Source of the DNA: Neoechinorhynchus agilis
Taxonomy: Eukaryota > Animalia > Acanthocephala
Length of the DNA: 64,000 nucleotides
Direction of reading: 5' to 3'
Assembly (NCBI GenBank): GCA_051530055.1
Contig: CM121342.1
Coordinates: 3,781,489 to 3,845,488 of the forward strand
A program made the translations under genes and the position numbers. The notes under the pieces were generated by a model. That model saw nothing but the letters and a program-made list of their open reading frames with translations, ran no database searches and was not told the origin of the DNA. Of this stretch, positions 33,326 through 44,629 are shown in pieces. How positions within the stretch are numbered: position 1 is the first letter of the stretch; every line of letters starts with the position of its first letter.

Positions 33326-35254
33326 CTAGAAATCAAAAGCGATTGCTAAGTTTGTTTCATTAACGTTTATTTGTCCGATCGATTTCATTTTTAAGAACGG
33401 ATCGTTATATAGGTGGACGATAGGATTGTTTGACACGTCCAATATTGTCAAGCTTGTTAATTCAGACAAAGCTTTCGAAGGTATCGATCTAAGTCCATTA
33501 TTTGAAAGGCTAAGGAAAATTAAGCTAGCCAATCCACGAAAAGAGTCTTCATTGTCGATATAGGTAAGCTTGTTATAACTAAGATCCAACGCGATTAGTT
33601 TTCTCAAACGTGCAAAGGCGCCAGGAAGTATTGTATCCATTTGATTGAATTGAAGACTTAGAAATCTTAGGCCTTCAAGACTGATAAAGTCATAAAAATC
33701 AACATGTGAGATTTCATTGTGGCTCATATCAATTGATCTGACCAGCGTGTGTCTATCAAAAGTATAGATATCCTTTATAGATTTCAAGCCCCGTGAAGTT
33801 GCATCCAATTCAAAGAAGGTATTATATTCTAAAGAATGCAATGGAAGATTTAAGACTGTGGTAATAGATTTGGGAATGCTTTCAATTCGCCGCGACAAAT
33901 CCATTATTGCCCTTGCAGTTCGAATCTTGTCGTAAGTTACAACCGAAATACCGTTTCCGCTAATTGCTACATATCCCACTCGATTTGTGCTATTTTTCTT
34001 TATCACCAGTTCGCCAACATTGTTTTTTGCTATTGACAAATAAGCAACGTGTCGAAGATTCTTAATTAACTCGGGATCGAAAGATTCCAAATTATTTTCA
34101 GCCAATGATAACACATTTAGATTGACGTTATTTTTGAAGAGGTTTAGCGGTAGGTCATTGATTCTGTTTCCGCTTAGAATGAGAGATTTTAATTCTCTCA
34201 AGTTCCACAATGCATCTTCATCAATCACTTCGATATCATTGTACGACAAATCAAGTTTCTTAAGACTTTGCCAATGGTATAGATCGTTCGAATGCAACGA
34301 GGAAATTTGATTACCCTTGAAGTTAAGCGAAATCATGTTTGCACTTGTAAACGAATTACCTTTTAGAACATTTTCTAAATCGGCATCCAATATACCAAAG
34401 TGCTGAATATTCGGTACATTGTTCAATGCACTAGAGTTGGTAAAGCTCGTAGTAGTTCCACCGTGGATCATAAGTTTGTGCAACTTGAGAAAGCTAGAAT
34501 TTTGCTTGAAAAAATCGGCTAGATCATCGAAATACGAAAATTCCAAAGATCGTATATTATCCGGTTTAATATAAAATGATTTAAGTCGATTACCATACAC
34601 GCTTATTTCTTCAAGCTTTGTTAAACTCAAACCATCACCAAATTTGGCATTCTCAATGAGATTATTGGACACATCGAGAATCTTCAAATTACTCATTTTT
34701 GCGATTACTTCAAAGCTATCGTCCTTCAAACTATTATTGGAAAGGATGAGAGTATGCAATTGCGGCAAATCGGCGTTCATTCCTGAGCCGATGCGGTATA
34801 TTTCATTGTCCTTTAAATTGAGTTCCTCGAGATTGTGAAATCCATGAAATGCGTCGTCTTCGATCGTTTTGATCAATCCACCTTCGATGCGAAGCTTTTT
34901 GAGATGTTTGAACCTTCTCATTGAAGATTTGGTCAGAGTGGACAGTCCATTGTATAGGATTCCTGGCTTATAAACGAACTCTTCATTGTGAGGAATAATA
35001 AAAGCTAAATCGATTGGAATATCGTTCAATTGTGCACCTTCCACGATAAGACTTTTAGCTTCGGATTTTTCTCTTACATTGGTGATAAGGTCAATTAGCG
35101 AGGATCCTATAATTTCCTTGCCGCAGTAAATTAAAATTTTATGACTATTGTTTCCATCGAACTCAACACATTGATGTTTCACTTCGTCTCCGCTGACCAA
35201 TAGCAACAAATATGTTACCAATAAGCTCGACAAGAGGGAACGCGTTGGGAGCAT
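33326..35254 (-). CDS. Secreted/extracellular leucine-rich-repeat protein (642 aa)
   Basis: Signal peptide, many LxxLxLxxNxI repeats (e.g. LKKLDLSYNDIEVI, LRELKSLILSGNRINDL); no TM or clear LRRCT. Confidence 0.9.
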   Translation of the reverse strand: MLPTRSLLSSLLVTYLLLLVSGDEVKHQCVEFDGNNSHKILIYCGKEIIGSSLIDLITNVREKSEAKSLIVEGAQLNDIPIDLAFIIPHNEEFVYKPGILYNGLSTLTKSSMRRFKHLKKLRIEGGLIKTIEDDAFHGFHNLEELNLKDNEIYRIGSGMNADLPQLHTLILSNNSLKDDSFEVIAKMSNLKILDVSNNLIENAKFGDGLSLTKLEEISVYGNRLKSFYIKPDNIRSLEFSYFDDLADFFKQNSSFLKLHKLMIHGGTTTSFTNSSALNNVPNIQHFGILDADLENVLKGNSFTSANMISLNFKGNQISSLHSNDLYHWQSLKKLDLSYNDIEVIDEDALWNLRELKSLILSGNRINDLPLNLFKNNVNLNVLSLAENNLESFDPELIKNLRHVAYLSIAKNNVGELVIKKNSTNRVGYVAISGNGISVVTYDKIRTARAIMDLSRRIESIPKSITTVLNLPLHSLEYNTFFELDATSRGLKSIKDIYTFDRHTLVRSIDMSHNEISHVDFYDFISLEGLRFLSLQFNQMDTILPGAFARLRKLIALDLSYNKLTYIDNEDSFRGLASLIFLSLSNNGLRSIPSKALSELTSLTILDVSNNPIVHLYNDPFLKMKSIGQINVNETNLAIAFDF

Positions 35255-36180
35255 TTTACTTAGTTGAGAAGAGAACGTCTTAAATCCCTACTACTTATAA
35301 CAAAAGTTCGAGGTGAGTAATTCCCCCATAGCAATGCATTACCTTTAAAATTCTAAGAAATACAAGCAACTTTTTATGAAAAACTCCTTAGTAGTCAATG
35401 ATCCAACAATGTAAGAAAAATTGTCAAATTCGTTGAAAACGTTGTAAATGGAGGATCTACGCGTGCTCGAGATTCGTATTACACTGTCCATTACGACCTG
35501 TCGTTTTATCCTGCATGACAGGTTGAAGTTTCTGTGCGAATATAACAATTTCCGAAGACAATACGAACGGAGAAACATTCATACACGATCAACTCGTTTA
35601 AAAAAAGATACGTATTGCTAATTTTTCTGTAATATTATTTGCGGTGAGTTTAAAATTGATAAAAACCAATTAAAGTTTGCTTTCCATTGTATGGCTAGCA
35701 TTTTTGTTTAATAGTAAAGTGAAAAAATTAGGCGTTAAAGTGTTTAAAGATAAAGGGATGGTGTTTCTTCAGATAATTCGAAGGTGAGTTCTGCATACCA
35801 GCTCGACAAAGTCTTGAACTGCTCAAAAGGCAGGACGAACTTCCTGCATCTCCGTGCGTCTTTGCAGATTTCTGAAGAAGTCGTCAGACGACGAAAGCTC
35901 GAAATCAAGATTTTCTTTGTCATTACAACAGCCTTCTCCAACGTGTCAATTTAAAAAACTTAAACAGGATGAAATTTTAGGATCTAAATTGCAAAGATAT
36001 CTCAAATCCGAATTAATCGATTATACGATCTAAATGCAAACTTCATCTTGTCATTGCCTTGCATCAGAAAAAATAAGATCAATAATCAATTTATTTGCAA
36101 TCAGGTGCCGATTTCATATTCTTGGTGACTGTAAGATCTAAAAGACTAAGTTAGTGATTTATTGAAGACCAAGTAAAGAT

Positions 36181-37218
36181 TTGTCTTCGGAGGGCGATGA
36201 TCGAAATCACGAATATTTAAGACGGAATTTACCAATGCTTACTAAATTTGGACATGTAAATGTTTACAAAGAAACAAACCTTTTATTTTTCACCTTCTTG
36301 AGTATAAGACGATGTGAAATTGAGTTCATTGAGTATCGAAAATCCGAATCTTACGAAATGTATTCGAATCTCTTTCATTGCAAATTGCAGTCATTTTACA
36401 AGGACTACGTTAAAATGATAATGGAGAAATGGAGAACTCATAATTCCGCGGACATTATGTCGGTTAATTATATGATCGTAAGAGGTTTTCATGAACCATT
36501 GGAAGCCATCTTTAAAGAAGCCAAGCATTTGTCCTACTCGGATTTTCCTCAGTTAAATTTCAAAGATCCAACTTTAGCGCTGGACTTTGTTAAGAAACGA
36601 GGAGAAGTAATGAAATTAATAGAGGAAAAACGATGCGACGAAGCCAGAAAGTTGATAAATGAGAGATGGGACAATCTCGTGGAACGGAACGATCAAGTCA
36701 AATGTTTTCTTTGCATTCAAGAATTGTTAGATATGATGACTGAGAATCACGATCCCGTTAAGGCTTTGAAATACGTCGGTGAGAATATTGCTGGTCTCTT
36801 GTCCAATTACGAAGCGAGAAACAAATCGATATTAGAAGTTCTGTCGATGGTATCGATGAAGAAACCCTCTAAATCACCATTCGCTGCTCTGCTTGGTCCG
36901 AGAATGAGAAGTCGAACACCAAAGGAGATAAACTTCCTTCTTATGCAGGAAACCGAACGATTAGCTATCAAAGATTCAACTGGAGAAGATATCGAAGTTG
37001 CAACGATCGATGATGTCTGTCTAATCGATGCTTACAGGATATCGTTTTCTATGCTATCAATGATTGGATCTTTGGAAAGGGCACAAAGACACGTTCATGT
37101 CGACCGGGAAATTAATATTTCAGAAGTGTTTCCAATATTTTTCCAAGGCAATATTCCTGTTCGGACGGCGAACGAAATTAAGGAAAGAAGGACTGCTCAT
37201 CGAGAATCCTATTTATGA
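36181..37218 (+). CDS. GID8: LisH-CTLH-CRA protein, GID8/TWA1-like
   Basis: NYMIVRGFHEPLEAIFKEA (LisH), RGEVMKLIEEKRCDEARKLIN (CTLH), SPFAALLGPRMRSRTPKEIN (CRA). True start uncertain. Confidence 0.65.
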   Translation: MSSEGDDRNHEYLRRNLPMLTKFGHVNVYKETNLLFFTFLSIRRCEIEFIEYRKSESYEMYSNLFHCKLQSFYKDYVKMIMEKWRTHNSADIMSVNYMIVRGFHEPLEAIFKEAKHLSYSDFPQLNFKDPTLALDFVKKRGEVMKLIEEKRCDEARKLINERWDNLVERNDQVKCFLCIQELLDMMTENHDPVKALKYVGENIAGLLSNYEARNKSILEVLSMVSMKKPSKSPFAALLGPRMRSRTPKEINFLLMQETERLAIKDSTGEDIEVATIDDVCLIDAYRISFSMLSMIGSLERAQRHVHVDREINISEVFPIFFQGNIPVRTANEIKERRTAHRESYL

Positions 37219-37719
37219 AAGTGGTGACCTTTTTCTAGAATTTCGATTTTCTTGAAACAAATAAAGATTCCGAGCTTTGCTTCTTGGTCGAGATGTTTTG
37301 AGGTAAAAAATCGAGAGACAGAACATAGAATTAATGTATTTTTAAATAATTATCTTCGTTATTTTTAAAAATTGAACGAATTATATGGAAACAATCTTCG
37401 TAATGGGTTATTACTTAAGTGATTTTTTTCTAGATTTATTTTTCAGCATTGTAAATTACATATTTCAAAAGGTACCCTTCAGATGCCTGGACGATGGCTG
37501 CCAGGAAGATAGACATTTTCGTTCGGACCACCGACAACGGATAATTTGTATTTTGCTATCCAGCTAAAGAAACAGCGGAAGAGAGCCACGAAATTAAAGG
37601 TGGACCAATGAGCATTTTCGGGAAAAACCAAGTGTTCCACTTCGCCGAATAACAGAGAAAATGCCCTTAAAATGAGAAGATAAAATCGAAAATTCAAATC
37701 TATTAAACGATGAGCCGAA

Positions 37720-38110
37720 TGATTTCTTTTATTATCAACGATGGATTTTTGGTGCACAAAAAGTGCCATCGTTGATCGTTGCTTTGAAATTTAGGATAAA
37801 ATGTCGCCCGTTGAGTCTCGCAAAATTACAGCTTCATTCGCTCCTAAATTTCTTTTTTCTGCATTTTATCTTTCATTTTTAAACGCCCTCTGAGCCACAA
37901 AAAAGTAGCATCGATCGTCATTGGGCTTCGACCGTTCGTCGATACTTACTGTTTTCGGAGGAAAGTTCGAGAAAGCTTTGTACCTAGAAAACGGGTTCCT
38001 TCCTTTTAGCGTCTCTTTCCTTCCCTGCAATAAAACTTCTTATTCTGAAACGTCGATGTGGCTTCTGCGTCTCTCTTTCGATGAACGAGATCCAGGAATC
38101 CAGGAATCCA
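37720..38110. repeat. Second copy of the unnamed dispersed family
   Basis: Reverse-complement similarity to 385-470 and 760-1000. Confidence 0.65.
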
Positions 38111-40486
38111 CCGTCCCCGACCAAATAAGTTTTATTTTATCATTTGCGATGGATTTTTTGAAGCATCGCTAATTGAAATTGAAACAATAATGATTAATTT
38201 CGTTAAAATAATTCTTTATGTAAGATTTAAGAATTAATAATTGATTGAATGCAACTTTATACAAACAAAATTCTGCGTTGTGATTGGTTGTGCTTTAAAT
38301 ATTAATAGAGAATCCGTCCTAAAGAATTCTAAAATTAAAATTTAGATTTTTCCTATTCCATTAATTACAAATCAAATCAAAAAAATATTATTAGAAAATA
38401 ATAACAACAAATTTAACATTAAAAACTTTTTCATAATTTAGTGATTTTTTTTGCAATTTAAAGGCGGCAGCAGCGTACAGCCAATAAGATTTCACGAAAC
38501 TTTAAAGTTCTCGACTTTTAGTTTAAATGTCCGATTAAGTATGTTTAAAAAGGTCTTATGAAAAATTCTTTGACGTAAACTTGTTTTTGAATTATAATCT
38601 TTAATGAATCAGCGTGATTTTATGTGTTGGAAAAGTATTTTCGAAAAAAATTACGACCTGAACACCATCAAAAAAAGTAAATGCGATCTTCACGAGCTCC
38701 GGCGAATGAATGTATTTCGCTTAACAGCACAAGATTTCCAAGATTAAAATTGTAAAGACGAGCTGTCATTCGACAATCAAATTTCCATTTAAATAGTGCG
38801 TAATATAATTTTATATTTTAGAAGATCGATTGAAATAATCATTGATGCAAAGAATTTTACTTAGGATTGATGAACAAAGTAAATTGCATAAATTTTGAAT
38901 AAGAAAAGATGAGGAAAGAGAAAAATTTAATGCAATTTTTAAAATTACAAAAAAGAGTAGCAAATTTTCAAACTTTCCAATAAAAATCGATATTACTTAG
39001 ATGTTGCAAAAACTTAATAAGCTCGAAATTATCGAGATAAACTGCATCTTTCAACTAAAACAATGATCGTTTTCACTTTTCATGTAACGTTTTACTCTTT
39101 TTGTAGATAAGAATATCTTTGACGCTGATATTGAAACTGCCGATTATTTAATTCGCTGTCAATCAGCTCAATAATATTCGACACTGATATTGAAACTCTT
39201 TGCAAATTATTTAATTTACTGTCGATCAACTCAATAATCGAAGAGGATATCGATGTTATTGATGCAAATTTGGATATCGAAAGTACGGATCTGCCAAATC
39301 CATTTGAGTCATATAAAAACGCGGTCGCGGGCAAGTTCCTCCAATCTTCGAAACGAAAATGCTCCACGGAAGCTGAAATAAACGCTGCTGAAGACTAATA
39401 TCAGCATTGCAACATCAATATAAAACGAAGACGTTTTGGCCTGGAAACATCGCACTGTGAATTCCCTTCGTTCACTTTGAATGAAGTCTTTAATCGAAAA
39501 TTGATAGCGATTAAACTCCATAACTTTTCAAAAACCCCTAATCAATTGAGTTTGATGCCTCGGAGTCATCATTTATCGAATTCAAATACTCAAATACGAA
39601 TCTTCGATCAATGGAACAAAGGAATATAATGAAATAATTCAATTAAGGGATAATTGACATAGACGACCTCGAGCAAACGATGAATTTGGATGTAGTTATG
39701 TTCCCTTGCAATTACAAGTCTCCATTGCCATAAAAACCCGCAAAAATCTCAATATTCACCTTAAATACGAAACAACTCGAATGCGTTTTGATCGACAAAA
39801 AAACGACTTATACTTACATTCGGTTATTGGGTTTCACAAGATGAAAGTATTTATATTACCGAGCAAAATAGGGATTTTTTTAGTCGACCGTCTTTGAGAG
39901 ACCGTTAAAACTAATCGAGATTACCAATAAAAAACAGTCAGTGAAAGGATTAAGTTTATTGAGAAACAGTCGCGATTACCGTAAAACTATTTTAAAATTT
40001 GGAAGCGACCTGAATTAAGTATTAAAAACAAATATCAATTCGATTGTCATTGGTCCGATTTCACTGACTTTTTTAGATTTGGCGTCTTCTTTTCTAGAAT
40101 GCTACAGGCTGCGTCGTAGCATCTTTTTCAAGATTATATACTTTCCGATGTGATATTTAAAAAAAAGAGCTGTAAAAAGCCAAACTTTACATAAATAAAG
40201 GCAAAATTTAATTTGGGATTCAAATGCAAACAGGCCAGCACTTAAAATTAGCACCAATTAAAGTTCTAAAGCGTCCTTGGCGTTTTGTTGGGTTTTTTCT
40301 TCCTATAATTAAAGTTACTCGAAACCCTGCTCTTTTTATAAGAATTATAAAGGTTTTGCGTACTGGTTGGTGATTCCTCTATCATTTGATAAAGTGAATT
40401 TCGAAAAGGACAGAAATTAATGATTCGTTAAAGTGGTTTAAAGTGAAATGGACGAAAAAGTACAAAAAGGAGTTTTCTTACATAAT

Positions 40487-41149
40487 CTACACATCGCGGC
40501 CATCATCATTCATTGACACTTCGCTGTTGTCATCTTCCACAAACACGGGATCGTCTTTATCATTAAAAAGATCCAGAAGATCATCCACATTCGCTCCTTT
40601 GAGTGAAATAAAACGAGAATTGGAGGAAATTTGTTGTTTTTCGCATTTTTTAAAAGGAAGTCCTTTTAATTGGTAGGGAGAATCCACGTTCGATTTAAAG
40701 TACCAATCAAGATGCATAACGGAGCCTTCTGTTTGAGCGACGTTGATTTGCGTTAATGTCCGAACATTCCACTGTTTGATTGTTTGATCATCAGATCCAC
40801 TCAAAATGACAAAAGATTCCATTGTTGGTGAAATCGCTTTCACTGCAGAACGATGAGCTTCAATTCGCGATGTAGTTACTTGTCCGTTTGCCGAATCGAT
40901 GTGAGCGATTTCCAATGTACCGAGTTGATCGCCGGCTACGATGTAGATAAGTGAACATGAAACGATTCGAATGCATGTGGGACCATTTAAATTAAAGTCG
41001 AATGATTGAACACAGGATTTAGAGAAAATGTCGTAGATTTGAGTCTTGCGACGTCTGATTTCGTTTTAAAGAATTGCAAACAAATCCTCAGTATTTTGAG
41101 ATGCTCCTTTAATGATTTTTATTTCTAGGAGGGGGGGAACAAAATCCAT
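40487..41149 (-). CDS. WD40-repeat protein segment with an in-frame TAA or a 27-nt intron
   Basis: AHRSAVKAI...ILSGSDDQTIKQWNV is a WD repeat. The frame extends to an ATG at 41149 across TAA 41066-41068; a GT...CAG 27-nt intron (41055-41081) would remove it. May be spliced to the upstream WD40 ORF. Confidence 0.65.
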
Positions 41150-41329
41150 GAGCAGCAAAACGTCAAATGGTTGAGGATTTTTCCTTAAATAAAAAAGAAA
41201 TCGAACAATCAAACGGATAATGAATTTATAGTGATTGCAACTCTCGTTCTCAAACGAGCAACAACAAAAAATGAACTATGAAACTCTTAAACTGAACGAA
41301 AAAAATGAACTCGACTGTGATTGTAGGTT

Positions 41330-42049
41330 TCAAAGAAAAAATTTCAACTTTGTGGCACAATTTAAAAAACCCGAAACAAATCCGAGTATTTGAACGACGA
41401 AATAGTCCGTCTGACCGCTTTGAAGCAGAATAACGAACACATCTCCCGATGCATCGATATCACAAATTGAACATTCCCAATCAACGCTTGAAAGAGTCCA
41501 GTGTCGTTCGGATGTAGAGTTCCTGAGGCACAAAAGAGTATCCCAAACAATGACAATTTGATCATTTTCACCGAAACTGATCAGATATCGACCATTGATT
41601 GTAAAGATCACTTTCTTCACTTGGCAAAAGTGTCCACTAAGGCTGAGTTTATCTTCGTTATTCTTGAATGATTGATTCAGTGAGTATAGATCGATTTTTG
41701 AACAAAGTGCGAGAGCAACAAATACTTCATCGTCACTAACGTCAAAACTTGCGATATTACATTCGACCGGACCGATCGATTCTGTTGGTGATATTTTCTT
41801 GAGAGAATCCAATTTTGTTCTATAAAGATAGTTTTTAGAACAGAAATATAAAATCCGATCATTTTTCATGCATTTTAACATTGTGACCAAATGATTCGTC
41901 GTGGACGGATGTTCCGAAAATTTCAGGCATTCGTGCCACTTCTTTAGATCATAAGAAACAATTCGATGATCGATCCGATCGATGGAACAAAGAACACAAA
42001 AATCCATACACATTTTTCGCAAATTGAACGGATCCATTTGTAGTGCCAA
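41330..42049 (-). CDS. WD40 protein, WDR43/UTP5-like
   Basis: SKIDLYSL...LSGHFCQVKKVIFTINGRYLISFGENDQIVIVWD resembles the UTP5/WDR43 propeller. Exon boundaries uncertain. Confidence 0.55.
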   Translation of the reverse strand: MALQMDPFNLRKMCMDFCVLCSIDRIDHRIVSYDLKKWHECLKFSEHPSTTNHLVTMLKCMKNDRILYFCSKNYLYRTKLDSLKKISPTESIGPVECNIASFDVSDDEVFVALALCSKIDLYSLNQSFKNNEDKLSLSGHFCQVKKVIFTINGRYLISFGENDQIVIVWDTLLCLRNSTSERHWTLSSVDWECSICDIDASGDVFVILLQSGQTDYFVVQILGFVSGFLNCATKLKFFL

Positions 42050-42520
42050 TGATGAATTTATCTTCGAAAAAATTAAGAGGGAAATGGAACCAATCGATTA
42101 GTTATTAAAATAGAACTTTAATTTAAAACTAATCGCTAAAGAAAAAGAATTTGATTTTTTAAAGCACAACTTTAATCGAGAAACTAAAACATAAAGAATA
42201 AAAGCTGAAATGCAATTTCTTCCATTTGATTTCACTACCAAGAAATACGCGATTAAATCGATTAAAGAATCGGCGATGATTGTGACCGATCTTCCCAGAA
42301 AAAACGGAAGAAAAACTGAGGTCTGATGATCTCATTGGCGAAACGAAGTTCGAAACGTCTTTAATAATCATTTACCGCGGGTGTAGAACTAAACAATAAT
42401 TCTAATCTTTAAATTAATTTTTCTTTGGAATTTTATCCGGATATTTCTCTATTCTTCGTGGAGATCATGGACGTTTTTCTCATTTTTAACGATCGCTCGA
42501 ATTAAACAAAACTTCAAGAT

Positions 42521-42940
42521 ATGAAGATTCTTAAGAAACGTCTTGTAGCTCACAAACGACTCATTTATCGTCCATGGCGACTACGTGAGTTCTTTTTCTA
42601 AAAAAGGTTTTCTGACGCTTTTTTTGGGTTCAAAGTTGGCATAAGTCCATTTCGGTACGCGTTCAAAACAGTTCCACACATCGTCCTGACATTGCCGATC
42701 GCTGTTGCAGGTCAGTTTTCTTTTTGAGAAGATCGTGAGTTTATTGAACGTTTTAGTGCTCGCCAAAGCTTTCTACCAACTTAAAGAAGACGAAGCGAAC
42801 AATTATTATGCCGCTAACCTTTATCGAAAACGCTATACTGGTAAATTATGGATTTTTATGGGTTTTTTTACTTAGTCGACCTTTTTGCAGTTATCAGAGA
42901 AGAAGAAGTTCCTGATTATCTCAAAATTTATTGCAACTGA
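42521..42940 (+). CDS. Four-exon single-TM microprotein (90 aa), NDUFA3/B9-like; absent from the ORF track
   Basis: Exons 42521-42584, 42636-42710, 42757-42840, 42891-42940 with GT-AG introns of 51, 46 and 50 nt give MKILKKRLVAHKRLIYRPWRLLGISPFRYAFKTVPHIVLTLPIAVAVLAKAFYQLKEDEANNYYAANLYRKRYTVIREEEVPDYLKIYCN. Gene model strong, identity tentative. Confidence 0.75.
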
Positions 42941-43254
42941 GCTAAAGAAAATAGACGAGTGCTTTAGTTTATCCTGCGTAATGGCTCATCATCTCCATTC
43001 GGATTACTCGCTCATTCCGTATTATTTTTCCTGATCAAAATCATTTTGATCGAATCCTTTAGAACGATAATTTATAGCAAATTTAACGTTGATGCGAACC
43101 TTTGTCGCCTTTTTTAAGCTGCAAAGAAACTCTAAAAGCTCATCAAAGCTCGTTGGTACTTTTTTGAAAAAGATCTAAAGGCCATCGCAAATCGTTTCCG
43201 CACTTTACACGATAAAAGATCCGAATCTGCAGATCGAAACTTCTATTGTTTGAG

Positions 43255-44281
43255 ATGGCAAAGTTCCAAAGAAGAAAATCGAGTAAAGCTCGAAAACTTC
43301 ATAGGACAAAAACATCTCTGAAACCAGCAAAGGACCGATTTTATGAACCCGAAGAAATAAAACGAGCTCCACATACATTTGTATATAGCAAAAGTGTTGG
43401 CCTTAATCTTCGCCGATTAACTCGACAAATAAGACAAGTTCTACAGCCCTACACAGCCACACGACTTCGTGAATCTCGTCGAAATACAATCGACGACTTT
43501 CTTGCGATTGCCGGGATATTTCACGTGTCTCATATTTGGACGATTACTCGACGAACCAGCAACCCAATATTTCAATTGGTCACAGTTCCCAAAGGACCCA
43601 CTTTAACGTTTAAAATTGAACGATTCACTCTCGTCTCTGAAGTAATTTCTTCTCTAAGACAGAAGGACATTAATCAACAGCTCTTTACAACGCCACCTCT
43701 ACTAATTCTCAGCGGATTTCGTGGATCAGAAGATTTAAAACAAATACAAATGGTCGCTAAAGTGTTCCAACGGTCGTTTCCGCCAATAAATATCCAAAAA
43801 ATCGCGTTTAACGAACTTAAGCGATGTGTCGTTGTGAGTTATCAAGGAAATGACCGATTCGAAATGCGACATTAGTAAGTTGAGATTCAAGCGTATTAAC
43901 GTTATTTTAATGATTTTCCTTTTATATTTTAGTTCAATCAATCGATCGATATCACATGGTTGTAATCGAATTTCTAAGAAATTGATTGACAATAAAGCAT
44001 TGCCCGATCTTTCAAAGTTTGAAACTTTAGAGGATGCTTTGCGGACAGAAGGAGGTTTGGGTTCGGAGAGTGACGAAGATGATGGAAAATGCATAATAAA
44101 AGAAGGAAATGTTCAAATAAAGCTCAGTGAGTTGGGACCAAGACTCACATTCAATTTGATTGAAATTTTGGAAGGAGTTTGTACGGGTAATATGTTGTAT
44201 CCTCATTTTGAAAAGAGGGAAATAAGACGGAAAAAGAAGAAACGTTCAAAGCCAGAAAAGAATGAGGACGAAAAAGAATAA
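43255..44281 (+). CDS. PPAN: Peter Pan / SSF1 Brix-domain ribosome biogenesis protein
   Basis: APHTFV, QVLQPYTATRLRESRRN, PKGPTLTFKI, FPPINIQKI...KRCVVV, FEMRHY|SI; intron 43875-43932 (gtaagt...ttttag). Confidence 0.92.
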
Positions 44282-44629
44282 ATTTCTTGAAGTAATTGTA
44301 TCTTTTTTTATTTTTGAAGTCTGGCCAGCCGGTAACTTTTCAGTATCTATCAAGCTCTCTACAAAACCCCGATCTAGAATCCATCGCAGTCAATCCTTCG
44401 GTTGACAAAAGTAGGGGCCAATGGATATACAGTCAGCGCTCAACGTCGATCATACGAAAAAGATAACGTTCACACAAATGCTGGTCGCCCTCAGTATCAG
44501 GTCAAAGCTCTAATTAACAAAATAATTATCCCCCGCAAAAACTTCCTTTCCTCTAAAATTCGTTCAGGTGGCAACTGAACATGGTGGCGGGCCGACTCTC
44601 GTGGTCTACGACAGCCGGATCCCTTCCCT

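Noticed and set aside
35345-35941. Short minus-strand ORFs with mitochondrial-presequence-like starts upstream of the LRR gene
   Set aside because: Could be exons of a small gene, but I could not assemble a consistent model or assign a family.
38600-39400. Coding-like decayed region with an about 66-bp internal duplication
   Set aside because: No transposase or host-gene motif could be supported.
42323-42359. Hammerhead-like CTGATGA...GAAAC...GTC
   Set aside because: Stem II opens with a U-C mismatch and stem I cannot form; probably chance, possibly within a minus-strand first exon.
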